NCBI GenBank assembly: GCA_003228115.1
Contig: QEVV01000004.1
Location: 85,175 to 149,174, forward strand
From: Chloroflexota bacterium
Lineage (GTDB): Bacteria; Chloroflexota; Dehalococcoidia; Lucifugimonadales; SAR202-VII-2
Length of the DNA stretch: 64,000 bases
Direction: 5' to 3'
Position 1 is the stretch's first letter. Every line of letters begins with the position of its first letter. Under the pieces are notes generated by a model. That model was not told where the DNA came from. It searched no databases and saw nothing but the letters and a program-made list of their open reading frames with translations. The translations under genes were made by a program, and so were the position numbers. Positions 55,343 to 63,221 of this stretch are shown here, piece by piece.

Positions 55343-55783
55343 TTAGGAAGGACGCTCCTTGCGCTCGATCTCCCGCTCCTCAGCCTTGGCTCGCAGTACT
55401 CTTCCCTTCTCTGGCGTGGGGTCTTTAACCACGCCGTACATCTGTCGCCCTTCGTGGTCCTCCGGCAAATGCTCGGTGATTGGCAACCCTTCCTTTGTCA
55501 CGAACAGAAGACAGTGGCAATACTTGTAGATCTGCATGTCATCGCAGGCGCATATCCATGTGCGGTTCTTGATCTCTTCATTCTTATCGGGATAAAACCG
55601 GCAAGGACACAGCGGTCGGCCAATTGAATCTACGTTGGCCGCCAGCCCCAGGATCACCCCCTCCGCACACTCAGGATCCGGATGCGTCGTCGTACCCGAC
55701 TTCTCGCAGTACTTCTGCACGAAATTTCGCATCTTTTGCATCGCTGCTTCGCTGGGTTGTTCCGGCACCTCGACCTCCATCAA
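55343..55783 (-). CDS. ferredoxin-thioredoxin reductase catalytic-subunit-like protein
   Basis: CPCRFY....E......W.C.C......Y..CHC.LF cysteine pattern characteristic of FTR beta. Stop lies 2 nt before the DtxR-like start. Confidence 0.7.
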   Translation of the reverse strand: MMEVEVPEQPSEAAMQKMRNFVQKYCEKSGTTTHPDPECAEGVILGLAANVDSIGRPLCPCRFYPDKNEEIKNRTWICACDDMQIYKYCHCLLFVTKEGLPITEHLPEDHEGRQMYGVVKDPTPEKGRVLRAKAEEREIERKERPS

Positions 55784-55870
55784 ACGGATTATTGGACTTG
55801 GATATAAGTCATCCGAGGCGGGTTCCCTTGCCGGGCCATCCTAGCGGGCGCTCTCTGTCCTTGGCAAGGC

Positions 55871-58300
55871 CTATGACACGCTGACAGGATCGATATCAAC
55901 CACCCACCCAGCGGTCAGCTCGACTTGGCTGAGAAAGCCTGCTGGGTCGGGGCTCCGCAACACAACGTGCCAACGGTACTTGCCTCGCAAGCGCGCCGGA
56001 TAACCAGGCGCTGGCCCTATCACAGCGCTCTCCGTATCCCCAATGGCGCGCTGGTGCCGCAGCAGCACGCGGCACAACCTCTCTGCCTCGCCCTCGCTCA
56101 ACGCGGCATCTGTATGGCTATAGGTAAGTTTGGCCAAGCGGGAGAAGGGCGGATACCGGAACGACCGCCTGAAGGCGATCTCTTGTTCAAAGAAGGCCTC
56201 ATAGTCCTGTGAAGCCGCTGCCTGGACAGCGTAGTTGTCGGGCTGGTAGGTCTGAATGATGCCCTCCCCCGCCAACGCTCCTCGTCCAGCCCTACCGGCA
56301 ACCTGGCACAGAAGTTGAAAGACCCTTTCCTGGGCCCGAAAGTCGGGAATGTACAAACCCAGGTCGGCAAGCATTACGCCTACGAGCATGACGTTGGGGA
56401 TATGCAACCCCTTGGTCACCATTTGCGTGCCTACCAAGATGTGCGCCTCGCCCCGAATGAACTTGTTCAACACCAAGTCCCGCTGTCCCGAAATGGTGGA
56501 GACATCTCTGTCCCATCGCACAGCCTCCGCGTCCGGGAAAAGTTCCTGCGCTTCCTGAAGCACCCGCTGCGTGCCGACGCCAAGGTAGCGAATGCGGCGG
56601 CTCTGACAGACGGGACAAGCGGAGGGTTCCTGCTGCATTCGACCACAATGGTGGCACAGCAACCGTTGGCGGTCGCCGTGATAGGTCATCGGAGTGGCGC
56701 AGCTCCGGCACTCCACTGAATGCCCACAATCGCGGCATTGAACGTGGGTTGAACTGCCCCGGCGGTTGAGAAACAGGATAACCTGGCCACCCACATCCAA
56801 GGCCCGTCTCACCGCCTCCTGGAGCGGCTCGCTGAACATCGAACGATTGCCAGCCCTAAGCTCGGATCGCATATCCACGATCCGCACGTCCGCCATACTT
56901 CCAATGCCCTCAAGCTCAGTGATAGGCCTGATACGGTTCGGCAACTTGAGCGACCGATGCTTCTCGCGTTGCGCCTGGTAATAGGTCACCACATCAGGTG
57001 TGGCGCTACCCAAAACCGTCACTGCACCCGTCAACCTCGCTAGCTCCAAAGCAGCCTCTCGGGCGTGATAGCGAGGCGTCCCCTCTGCCTGCTTGTAGGT
57101 CCATTCGTGCTCTTCGTCCAGCACGATTAAGCCAGGGTTGGACAACGGAGCAAAGAGAGCACTGCGTGACCCCACGACAATGTCGGCCTCACCTCGATAT
57201 AGACGCCACCACGCCTCACGGCGCTGTGCGGGCGTCAGTTCGCTGTGAACGACTACAACCCGCCCAGGGAAGCGCCTGTTGAACCGGTCCAGCGTCTGAG
57301 GCGTAAGCGAAATCTCAGGCACCAGAATGATGCCTTGCTTCCCCTTGCCAAGCGTTTGCGCTAGAGCTTGGAGGTATACTTCTGTCTTGCCACTGCCAGT
57401 AACCCCGTGCAAAAGAAACGAACGCGGCTCTACAGCAACGGACTCCAAAGCCGCCGAGATCTGCGCCAAAGCGCGCTGCTGATGCCCCGTCAACTTCGGC
57501 GGCGCCTCGGCCTCGTTGTGCTCTTGCACCTGGATGCCGCTCTGGACAGGGATCCGCTCCTCGAGTATGAGTCCCTTCTCCAATAGGCCTGCCACCGCTG
57601 AGGCCCCGAAGCGCCGACGCGCCTCCGTGGCTTTTATTGGTGGGCCAGCGGTCAACACCGTGTCCATCAGCGCCGCCTGCCTCCTGGCGCGTCCCTTCTT
57701 CAAGTCGGCGACGCTGTCCTCCGACAGACCGGGCGCAGTTACCAAGAAGGAAACAAAACGCTCCCGCTGACCGGGCCGCTTCCAAGTCGTTTGCCGTTCC
57801 AGCAGGCCGGACCGCTCCAATCGAGGCAGTTGCCTTTCTGCTGCCCCGCCGATGTCCCGGCGCAAGGCTGATTGCAAACTCTGAGGATGTTCTTGAAGGT
57901 AGGCCAACACAGGCCGTTGGCCCACGGGCACGGACTCGACCTGGGTCCCTACCCCCTTGGCAGTCAACGACACCATCGTGATGTGCTGACCCCGAATGGC
58001 GGGAGGGAGCATCAGGGAAGCGGCCTCGTACAGCGAGGCCATGTAGGTATCAGTAAGCCAGTGGGCCAGCGCCAATTGATGGGGACGCAGCAGGATGTCG
58101 GCATGAAGCAGGTCCACAATGTCGCGGGTGCGCTCAACCTGAGCAACCTCCGCCACACTGAACACAATGCCAGCGACATTCCTGGGCCCGAAGGGCACCG
58201 AGACAGCATGCCCCGGCTCCACCGACAAGGAAGGAGGGACACTATAGGAAAAGGTGCGGTTCCCAGCGGGGGCGTCCACCGCCACTTCTGCAAAGCTCAT
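55871..58300 (-). CDS. priA: primosomal protein N' (replication restart helicase PriA)
   Basis: ORF 55871..58342, start at ATG 58300 (MSFAEVAVD). GVTGSGKTEVY Walker A, DEEH, and a Cys-rich zinc region CRDCGH..C..C...LLCHHCG...CP.C. Confidence 0.9.
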   Translation of the reverse strand: MSFAEVAVDAPAGNRTFSYSVPPSLSVEPGHAVSVPFGPRNVAGIVFSVAEVAQVERTRDIVDLLHADILLRPHQLALAHWLTDTYMASLYEAASLMLPPAIRGQHITMVSLTAKGVGTQVESVPVGQRPVLAYLQEHPQSLQSALRRDIGGAAERQLPRLERSGLLERQTTWKRPGQRERFVSFLVTAPGLSEDSVADLKKGRARRQAALMDTVLTAGPPIKATEARRRFGASAVAGLLEKGLILEERIPVQSGIQVQEHNEAEAPPKLTGHQQRALAQISAALESVAVEPRSFLLHGVTGSGKTEVYLQALAQTLGKGKQGIILVPEISLTPQTLDRFNRRFPGRVVVVHSELTPAQRREAWWRLYRGEADIVVGSRSALFAPLSNPGLIVLDEEHEWTYKQAEGTPRYHAREAALELARLTGAVTVLGSATPDVVTYYQAQREKHRSLKLPNRIRPITELEGIGSMADVRIVDMRSELRAGNRSMFSEPLQEAVRRALDVGGQVILFLNRRGSSTHVQCRDCGHSVECRSCATPMTYHGDRQRLLCHHCGRMQQEPSACPVCQSRRIRYLGVGTQRVLQEAQELFPDAEAVRWDRDVSTISGQRDLVLNKFIRGEAHILVGTQMVTKGLHIPNVMLVGVMLADLGLYIPDFRAQERVFQLLCQVAGRAGRGALAGEGIIQTYQPDNYAVQAAASQDYEAFFEQEIAFRRSFRYPPFSRLAKLTYSHTDAALSEGEAERLCRVLLRHQRAIGDTESAVIGPAPGYPARLRGKYRWHVVLRSPDPAGFLSQVELTAGWVVDIDPVSVS

Positions 58301-58401
58301 ATCCGTATCCTCGCGCTGGCAGCGGCTAAGCGCCACCAGCAAAAGTCATCGGGCATTCCCATACCCCCTCTGAACAACTTCCGGCATGGCTCCGTCAGCA
58401 C

Positions 58402-58491
58402 GGGGTGCAGCGGCAGAGCCCCGCCGGGGTGGGGGGTGTCCCCACAAACCAAAAACGTTCGGGGCGGCCGGTTGGGAGCAACGACATCACC
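58402..58491 (+). repeat. family-A repeat, GTGGGG/CCCCAC hairpin variant
   Basis: GGGGTGCAGCGGCAGAGCCCCGCCGGGGTGGGGGGTGTCCCCACAAACCAAAAACGTTCGGGGCGGCCGGTTGGGAGC... Confidence 0.8.
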
Positions 58492-58587
58492 AAGCACCAA
58501 TCGTCCGCCAACGATAGCGCATCAACTTCCCATTCGCCTCAGTGAGACGGCGCGCATGAGATCACAGCCTCAGCCAACAAGGCCTGT

Positions 58588-58680
58588 GGGGTGCAGGGGC
58601 AAAGCCCTGCCGGGGTTACAGGGGTGTCCCCTGTACTAAAAACATTCGTGGGTGGGTTGGGTGGGAATGCAGCCTCAGTC
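58588..58680 (+). repeat. family-A repeat (186 bp after the previous copy)
   Basis: GGGGTGCAGGGGCAAAGCCCTGCCGGGGTTACAGGGGTGTCCCCTGTACTAAAAACATTCGTGGGTGGGTTGGGTGGGAA... Confidence 0.85.
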
Positions 58681-58777
58681 ACGCCAATCGTTGGTCACAC
58701 AGCCGTGGCAGGGGCCTAGCGGGACCACATTCTCCAACCCGCCAAAGCCACGCCCAGTGCCGCAATGCCAGGCCGCC

Positions 58778-58816
58778 TAAAAGAAGAAGGGGAGCGCTTT
58801 GGCGCTCCCCTTCTTC
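58778..58816 (-). terminator. rho-independent terminator of rplS
   Basis: 15-bp stem GAAGAAGGGGAGCGC/GCGCTCCCCTTCTTC, followed on the minus strand by TTTT. Confidence 0.8.
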
Positions 58817-58854
58817 AAACTTCCTATGTTGACCACACCCGGTATGAACCAAGC

Positions 58855-59199
58855 CTAGCGACGCCCGCGCTCCCTGATGCGAGCCTTCTTACCTCGGAGG
58901 CCCCGCAGGTAGTACAAGCGTGCCCGCCGTACGCGGCCCAGCCGAATCACCTTCACACCGTCGATGCGAGGCGAGTAAAGCGGGAAAGTACGCTCCACGC
59001 CAATCCCATGGGCAATTCGCCGAACAGTGAACGTGGCATTGACGCCGCCGCCACGGTTGCGAATGACCACACCCTGGAACGCCTGAATGCGCTCTCGCTG
59101 GCCCTCTACGACCTTGAAATCCACCTCTACGGTGTCCCCAGGCCGGAATATTCCGGTCTTGGGGTTGGGAACTACGGGAATGACTGCCTGAAGGTCCAT
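58855..59199 (-). CDS. rplS: 50S ribosomal protein L19
   Basis: 114 aa. FRPGDTV.V...V.EG.RERIQ.F.GVVI and GVER.FP..SP motifs. Canonical terminator downstream. Confidence 0.9.
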   Translation of the reverse strand: MDLQAVIPVVPNPKTGIFRPGDTVEVDFKVVEGQRERIQAFQGVVIRNRGGGVNATFTVRRIAHGIGVERTFPLYSPRIDGVKVIRLGRVRRARLYYLRGLRGKKARIRERGRR

Positions 59200-59384
59200 G
59201 CTGTCCTCGGGGAACGAGTCGTACGATATTCGTCAGCAACCGATTGTACTACGGGCCCATGCCCCTGTCCATAAGCACCGAGGCTTCAGCACATTGCCGA
59301 AACCTCGTCGCCTCCCATACCTAGCACAATGAAAGGGCGACACCTGGATAAATGAGTTCGATGACGTGCCCGCGGGCTTCCGCT

Positions 59385-59477
59385 GGGGTGCAGGGGCGCA
59401 GCCCCCCCCGGGGCGTGGGGTGTCCCCACAAACCAAAAACGTTCGGGGTGGGCCGGGTGGGAGCAACGTCGCTAGCC
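59385..59477 (+). repeat. family-A repeat, GTGGGG/CCCCAC hairpin variant
   Basis: GGGGTGCAGGGGCGCAGCCCCCCCCGGGGCGTGGGGTGTCCCCACAAACCAAAAACGTTCGGGGTGGGCCGGGTGGGAGC..GCTAGCCAGTGCAA. Confidence 0.85.
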
Positions 59478-59513
59478 AGTGCAAATCGTCCGCCCATCTC
59501 ACTGCTCTCCTTA

Positions 59514-59541
59514 GATCAAAGAAACGAGATCAAAGAAACGG
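59514..59541. repeat. 14-nt tandem direct repeat
   Basis: GATCAAAGAAACGA GATCAAAGAAACGG. Confidence 0.8.
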
Positions 59542-59570
59542 TGCGGTTCAACCCTCCCCAATACTCAAGC

Positions 59571-59596
59571 AGGGGCGTTCGAATGAACGCCCCTAC
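59571..59596 (-). repeat. family-B GTAGGGGCG hairpin repeat (reverse orientation)
   Basis: Minus strand reads GTAGGGGCGTTCATTCGAACGCCCCT, just downstream of the ADH gene stop. Confidence 0.65.
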
Positions 59597-59635
59597 TCCT
59601 CTTGTAACCAACGCGAGAGCAGACCCCGTCACCCC

Positions 59636-60730
59636 TTACCCGTTAGGCAGCAACACCGGAATCATCGCCTCCATGGCGTCATGCGCCCGAAACGCCTCGT
59701 TCACATCCTCCAGAGGATAATGATGGGTGATCAGCTTCTCAACGGGATACTTCACCGCTGTACTCATCGACTCCAAAGACCTTATGGCAGTCTGCGGCGT
59801 CGATGCGACGACGCCAGTCACATAGAGAGACTTCCGCACGATGAGCGCCGGGTTGACCGGCAACGGCCCGTAGTCCGTGTACTGGCCCACGACGACGTAC
59901 TTGCCGCTCATCCGCACCATCTCCAAGCCCTCTTGGAAGGCTGTTTTCCCGCCCGACGCCTCAATAACAACATCTGCTCCCTTGTCACCAACCAGCTCCA
60001 ACACTCGCTGGACCCTGGCCTCTGGCTCTGGGAAGTCGGCTATATCAACGGTCAGGTCGGCGCCCATCTCCTTGGCCAAATCTAACCGGTTCGCAGGAGC
60101 ACCAACGACAACGACCAACGAAGCGCCGGACAGCTTTGCCTGGTTCAGGGCCCCCATGCCTACCGGCCCGGAACCCTGCACCACAACCGTCTCACCGACC
60201 CGGATACCCCCGGCGCGCTCGATCGCGTTCATTGTTGTTTGGTTCCCAATGAGGGACATCAGGGCGCGCTCACTAGAAACATCGTCAGGAACCCTCAGGA
60301 GCCACGGCGTAGGCTTCAAATAAACGTATTGGGCAAAGCCACCGTTCAGGACCGGCGGATCGCTCAAGGGCTCCAGTCCGTACTTGCCATAGGTTTCGCA
60401 GAACAGCGGCATGCTAATGGTGCAGTAGTAGCAATGGCCGCAGGGCGTCCCGGAGAACAGCACGCGGTCTCCCTCTTTGACTGGCCGGCCCAGGGCATCT
60501 GAAATCACGCCACGACCCATCTGGGCAATGATCCCAATGTTCTCGTGACCAAAGATGGCCGGAAACGGAGCATCGGGATTGTGCCAAGCGTGTACGTCGG
60601 TGCCACAGACCGCAGCCATCTGGATCTGAAGCAGCACGGCGCCGGGTTCAACCTCCGGGACCGGAAACTCCTGTATCTCTAGGGGCTTCTGCGGCCCCAT
60701 GAAAACGGCTGCCTTACAGGTATTGGGCAT
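59636..60730 (-). CDS. zinc-binding medium-chain alcohol dehydrogenase family protein
   Basis: VCGTD.H...., GHE..G and VQGSGPVG nucleotide-binding motifs. Confidence 0.8.
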   Translation of the reverse strand: MPNTCKAAVFMGPQKPLEIQEFPVPEVEPGAVLLQIQMAAVCGTDVHAWHNPDAPFPAIFGHENIGIIAQMGRGVISDALGRPVKEGDRVLFSGTPCGHCYYCTISMPLFCETYGKYGLEPLSDPPVLNGGFAQYVYLKPTPWLLRVPDDVSSERALMSLIGNQTTMNAIERAGGIRVGETVVVQGSGPVGMGALNQAKLSGASLVVVVGAPANRLDLAKEMGADLTVDIADFPEPEARVQRVLELVGDKGADVVIEASGGKTAFQEGLEMVRMSGKYVVVGQYTDYGPLPVNPALIVRKSLYVTGVVASTPQTAIRSLESMSTAVKYPVEKLITHHYPLEDVNEAFRAHDAMEAMIPVLLPNG

Positions 60731-60848
60731 GACTTTCTCCTTGGAACATATTGGGCGAGCAGCCCCCGCTGGGATTGTTGGTAACTAGTCCTTGCGAGTT
60801 CCCAAGGACGGGAACGTGGCTTTTGGAGGGGCGGTCATGTCTTCGCTG

Positions 60849-61244
60849 CTAGGCAGGTCGAAACACCGGTACGTCCGCGTCCCCGAACGTAACCTGCAGC
60901 GGCATACCGATGTGAACATCCTCAGGGGCGCAGCCAACTACGTTGCTCATGAGAACCGGCCCCTCATCGAGTTCAACAAGGGCCACAACATAGGGAACAG
61001 GCCACTCGTCTGGCACGGGACGCATACGGAGAGGCACAATCGTGTAGCTGTATACCTGAGCCTTGCCACTCACCTCCTGCCAGTCCGGGTCCGAAGCGCC
61101 GCAGAAAGGGCAAAACAGCCGGGGATAGTGAAAGAACTCACTACAACTGCGGCACCGGGGAAGGACAAAACGACCCGTCCGGGCCGCCTCCCAGAAAGGG
61201 GCGGTGGCTTCAGTCTCTGGCGGAGCAAAAACGTTATCGGTCAT
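60849..61244 (-). CDS. DUF35 OB-fold / zinc-ribbon protein (thiolase-associated)
   Basis: ORF 60849..61292, start at ATG 61244. FWEAA..G.....RC..C....YPR..CP.C pattern. Directly downstream of the thiolase-like gene. Confidence 0.75.
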   Translation of the reverse strand: MTDNVFAPPETEATAPFWEAARTGRFVLPRCRSCSEFFHYPRLFCPFCGASDPDWQEVSGKAQVYSYTIVPLRMRPVPDEWPVPYVVALVELDEGPVLMSNVVGCAPEDVHIGMPLQVTFGDADVPVFRPA

Positions 61245-61249
61245 GACCC

Positions 61250-62422
61250 TCAGTCCTTTGCCAGGACCATTGTGTGGTGATTTGATATCCATCCGGCAAT
61301 CGACGTCGTAACAGCCAACTTTGCGTTGGCGACCTGGCGATCACCGGCCTCTCCTCTGAGTTGCAGGCAGGCCTCAATCACTCTCCTCATGCCGGCGAGA
61401 TGGGCATAGGCCAGCAGACCCCCGTCAGTGTTGACTGGGCACCGGGCCTTACCCAACTCCAGATTGCCGTCAATGGCAAACTGGCCGGCCTCTCCCTCCC
61501 CGCACAAACCGAGCCCCTCCAGCTGGAGCAGCAGAGCGATACTGAAACAGTCGTACAACTCCGCAACATCAATGTCTTGGATCGTGACCCCAGCCATGCC
61601 CAACGCCTGCGCCGCCGAATCCTTCACTCCGAAGTTCTGAAGGCGGGGCGCCTGGGCCACCATCCAATGGGTCGATTTGCTTCCTACACCCAGCACCCGG
61701 ATGGGAGGCTGCCGCAGGCTTTTCGCCCGCTCCAATGATGTGACGATGAAAGCAGCGCCACCATCCGTAATCACCGAGCAATCCGGGACCCTTAGAGGTT
61801 CGGCCACCATGCGCGTTTCGGGGTAGCTTTCCCAGGTCAAGGCGTCCTGCCTGAAGGCCCCCGGCGTCATAGCCGCGTGCTTCCGCTCTGAGATGCCCAC
61901 AGCAGCAAACGACTCTTTGGGAGCGTTGTAGTCATGGAGGTACCGCTGGGCCAGCAGCGCATAGTGGATCGGGGCCGGAATGCCGCCGTAGGGCGACTCG
62001 TACTCGTCACCCAGCGCCGAGAAGCTGGCAGGAAGGCCGGTGACGCCCCTGGACGCCGTGTTGGCGCTTTCGCCGAACACGCATATCGCCACCTCAGAGA
62101 GCCCGGACTCAACCAGGCTCACAGCCTGCGTCAGCAACGTTCCCGCCACCGTGCCCCCAGCCACCGTAGTAGCCACAGACGGATCGACACCCATGTATTC
62201 AGCCAGGGATTCAGCGTTGAAAAAGGTGGGGCGGGTAAACGGGGTCTGGCACAGCCAAGCATCCACATCCCCAGGAGCAAGGCCCGCGTCGTCCAAGGCC
62301 AGTCGTGCAGCCTTCGCCTGGAGTTCTAGTGTGGAGAACTGAGGCAGTCTGCCAACCTCAGTATTGCCGATTCCAGCAATGGCCAGCGGCTTCGTGAAGG
62401 CTTTCCTAGGATTGAACGTCAT
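61250..62422 (-). CDS. thiolase-like protein (SCP-x / nonspecific lipid-transfer-type thiolase)
   Basis: 390 aa with a thiolase-fold pattern (C-terminal NT.GG...GH..GA.G) and the typical pairing with DUF35. Confidence 0.75.
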   Translation of the reverse strand: MTFNPRKAFTKPLAIAGIGNTEVGRLPQFSTLELQAKAARLALDDAGLAPGDVDAWLCQTPFTRPTFFNAESLAEYMGVDPSVATTVAGGTVAGTLLTQAVSLVESGLSEVAICVFGESANTASRGVTGLPASFSALGDEYESPYGGIPAPIHYALLAQRYLHDYNAPKESFAAVGISERKHAAMTPGAFRQDALTWESYPETRMVAEPLRVPDCSVITDGGAAFIVTSLERAKSLRQPPIRVLGVGSKSTHWMVAQAPRLQNFGVKDSAAQALGMAGVTIQDIDVAELYDCFSIALLLQLEGLGLCGEGEAGQFAIDGNLELGKARCPVNTDGGLLAYAHLAGMRRVIEACLQLRGEAGDRQVANAKLAVTTSIAGWISNHHTMVLAKD

Positions 62423-62590
62423 CGAGAATGAATCCTCCCCTGACTAAGGGCGTCATTATACCGGCCCCCGTAGCGAAATCAAACTCGTTCGAGAGCCGCG
62501 GAACGAAGGAAACCGCTCGTAGGCCCCAAGAGGGTCAAGAAGGTTGCAACATGCGTGAAGCAGGCAAAGACTTCCAAAAATAAACTGTAA

Positions 62591-63177
62591 TGCTGGGCAC
62601 AGCCCGCCGTAGTAACAGGGGACTAGAAACATCCGTGGGCGGGTCGGATGGGTGGGACCGCGGCGCCAGCCTAACCAAACGCCCGACCGCCACGAGCCCC
62701 TGGGTCCGACAACACCATCCTTAAAACGCCTCCAATGCGACTGATCGGGGTGCAGGGGCAAAGCCCCACCGGGGTGACAGGGGTGTCCCCTGTACCAAAA
62801 ACATTCGTGGGCGGCTGGGTGGGAGGAACCGGGTCAGCGCAACCAAATGCCCACCCGCCACGAGTCTCGGATGGTCCAACACATGCCTCGTCCGAGGACG
62901 GGTAGCCTGTATTACGGGGTGCAGGGGCGAAGCCCCGCCGAGGTGACTGGGCTGTCCCCTGTACCAAAAACATTCGTGGGGGGGCTGGGTGGGAGGAAGA
63001 ACTTCAGCCCTAGCCAAAGCGTCCGCCCATGAGCCCTGCGAGTCCAGCCCTCCATTGATGCTGAGACGAGGTTGCCGCATTGCGGGGTGCAGGGGCGCAG
63101 CCACGCCGGGGGCACAGGGGGTGTCCCCCTGTATCAAAAACATTCGCGGGCGGGTTGGGTGGGACCTCACCGTCAGC
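62591..63177 (+). repeat. family-A repeat array: one degenerate and three intact units (starts about 62591, 62747, 62916, 63084; period 156-169 bp)
   Basis: Cores are separated by ~75-nt linkers that share a 5' motif (AACCAAAnGCCCnnCCGCCAnGAG). The array fills most of the 800-bp gap between the thiolase-like and CaCA genes. Confidence 0.9.
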
Positions 63178-63221
63178 TAAAACCAGCCGTCCGCCAACCC
63201 CAGCGCCTCAACCCTACTAAC

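Noticed and set aside
58855-59199. rplS standing alone rather than in an rpsP-rimM-trmD-rplS operon, as a sign of rearrangement or mobile DNA.
   Set aside because: Monocistronic rplS occurs in many lineages. The gene has its own canonical terminator, and the flanking repeats are the same dispersed family seen elsewhere. No integrase or transposase is present.
62721-63170. 149-aa minus-strand ORF and many 60-100-aa ORFs with GVQGRSPAG / PPSPPTNVF-like products (e.g. 780..962, 7998..8195, 11392..11823, 26811..27086, 38656..38859, 44623..44919).
   Set aside because: They are translations of the family-A repeat in various frames. They are low-complexity, lack RBS context and recur wherever the repeat occurs.
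62591-63177. Possible CRISPR array (regularly spaced repeats with intervening unique sequence); the same question applies to 26962..27341.
   Set aside because: The repeats are ~95 nt and imperfect, with indels. The linkers are related to each other or nearly identical. The same repeat occurs as dispersed single copies. There are no cas genes or leader in the window.
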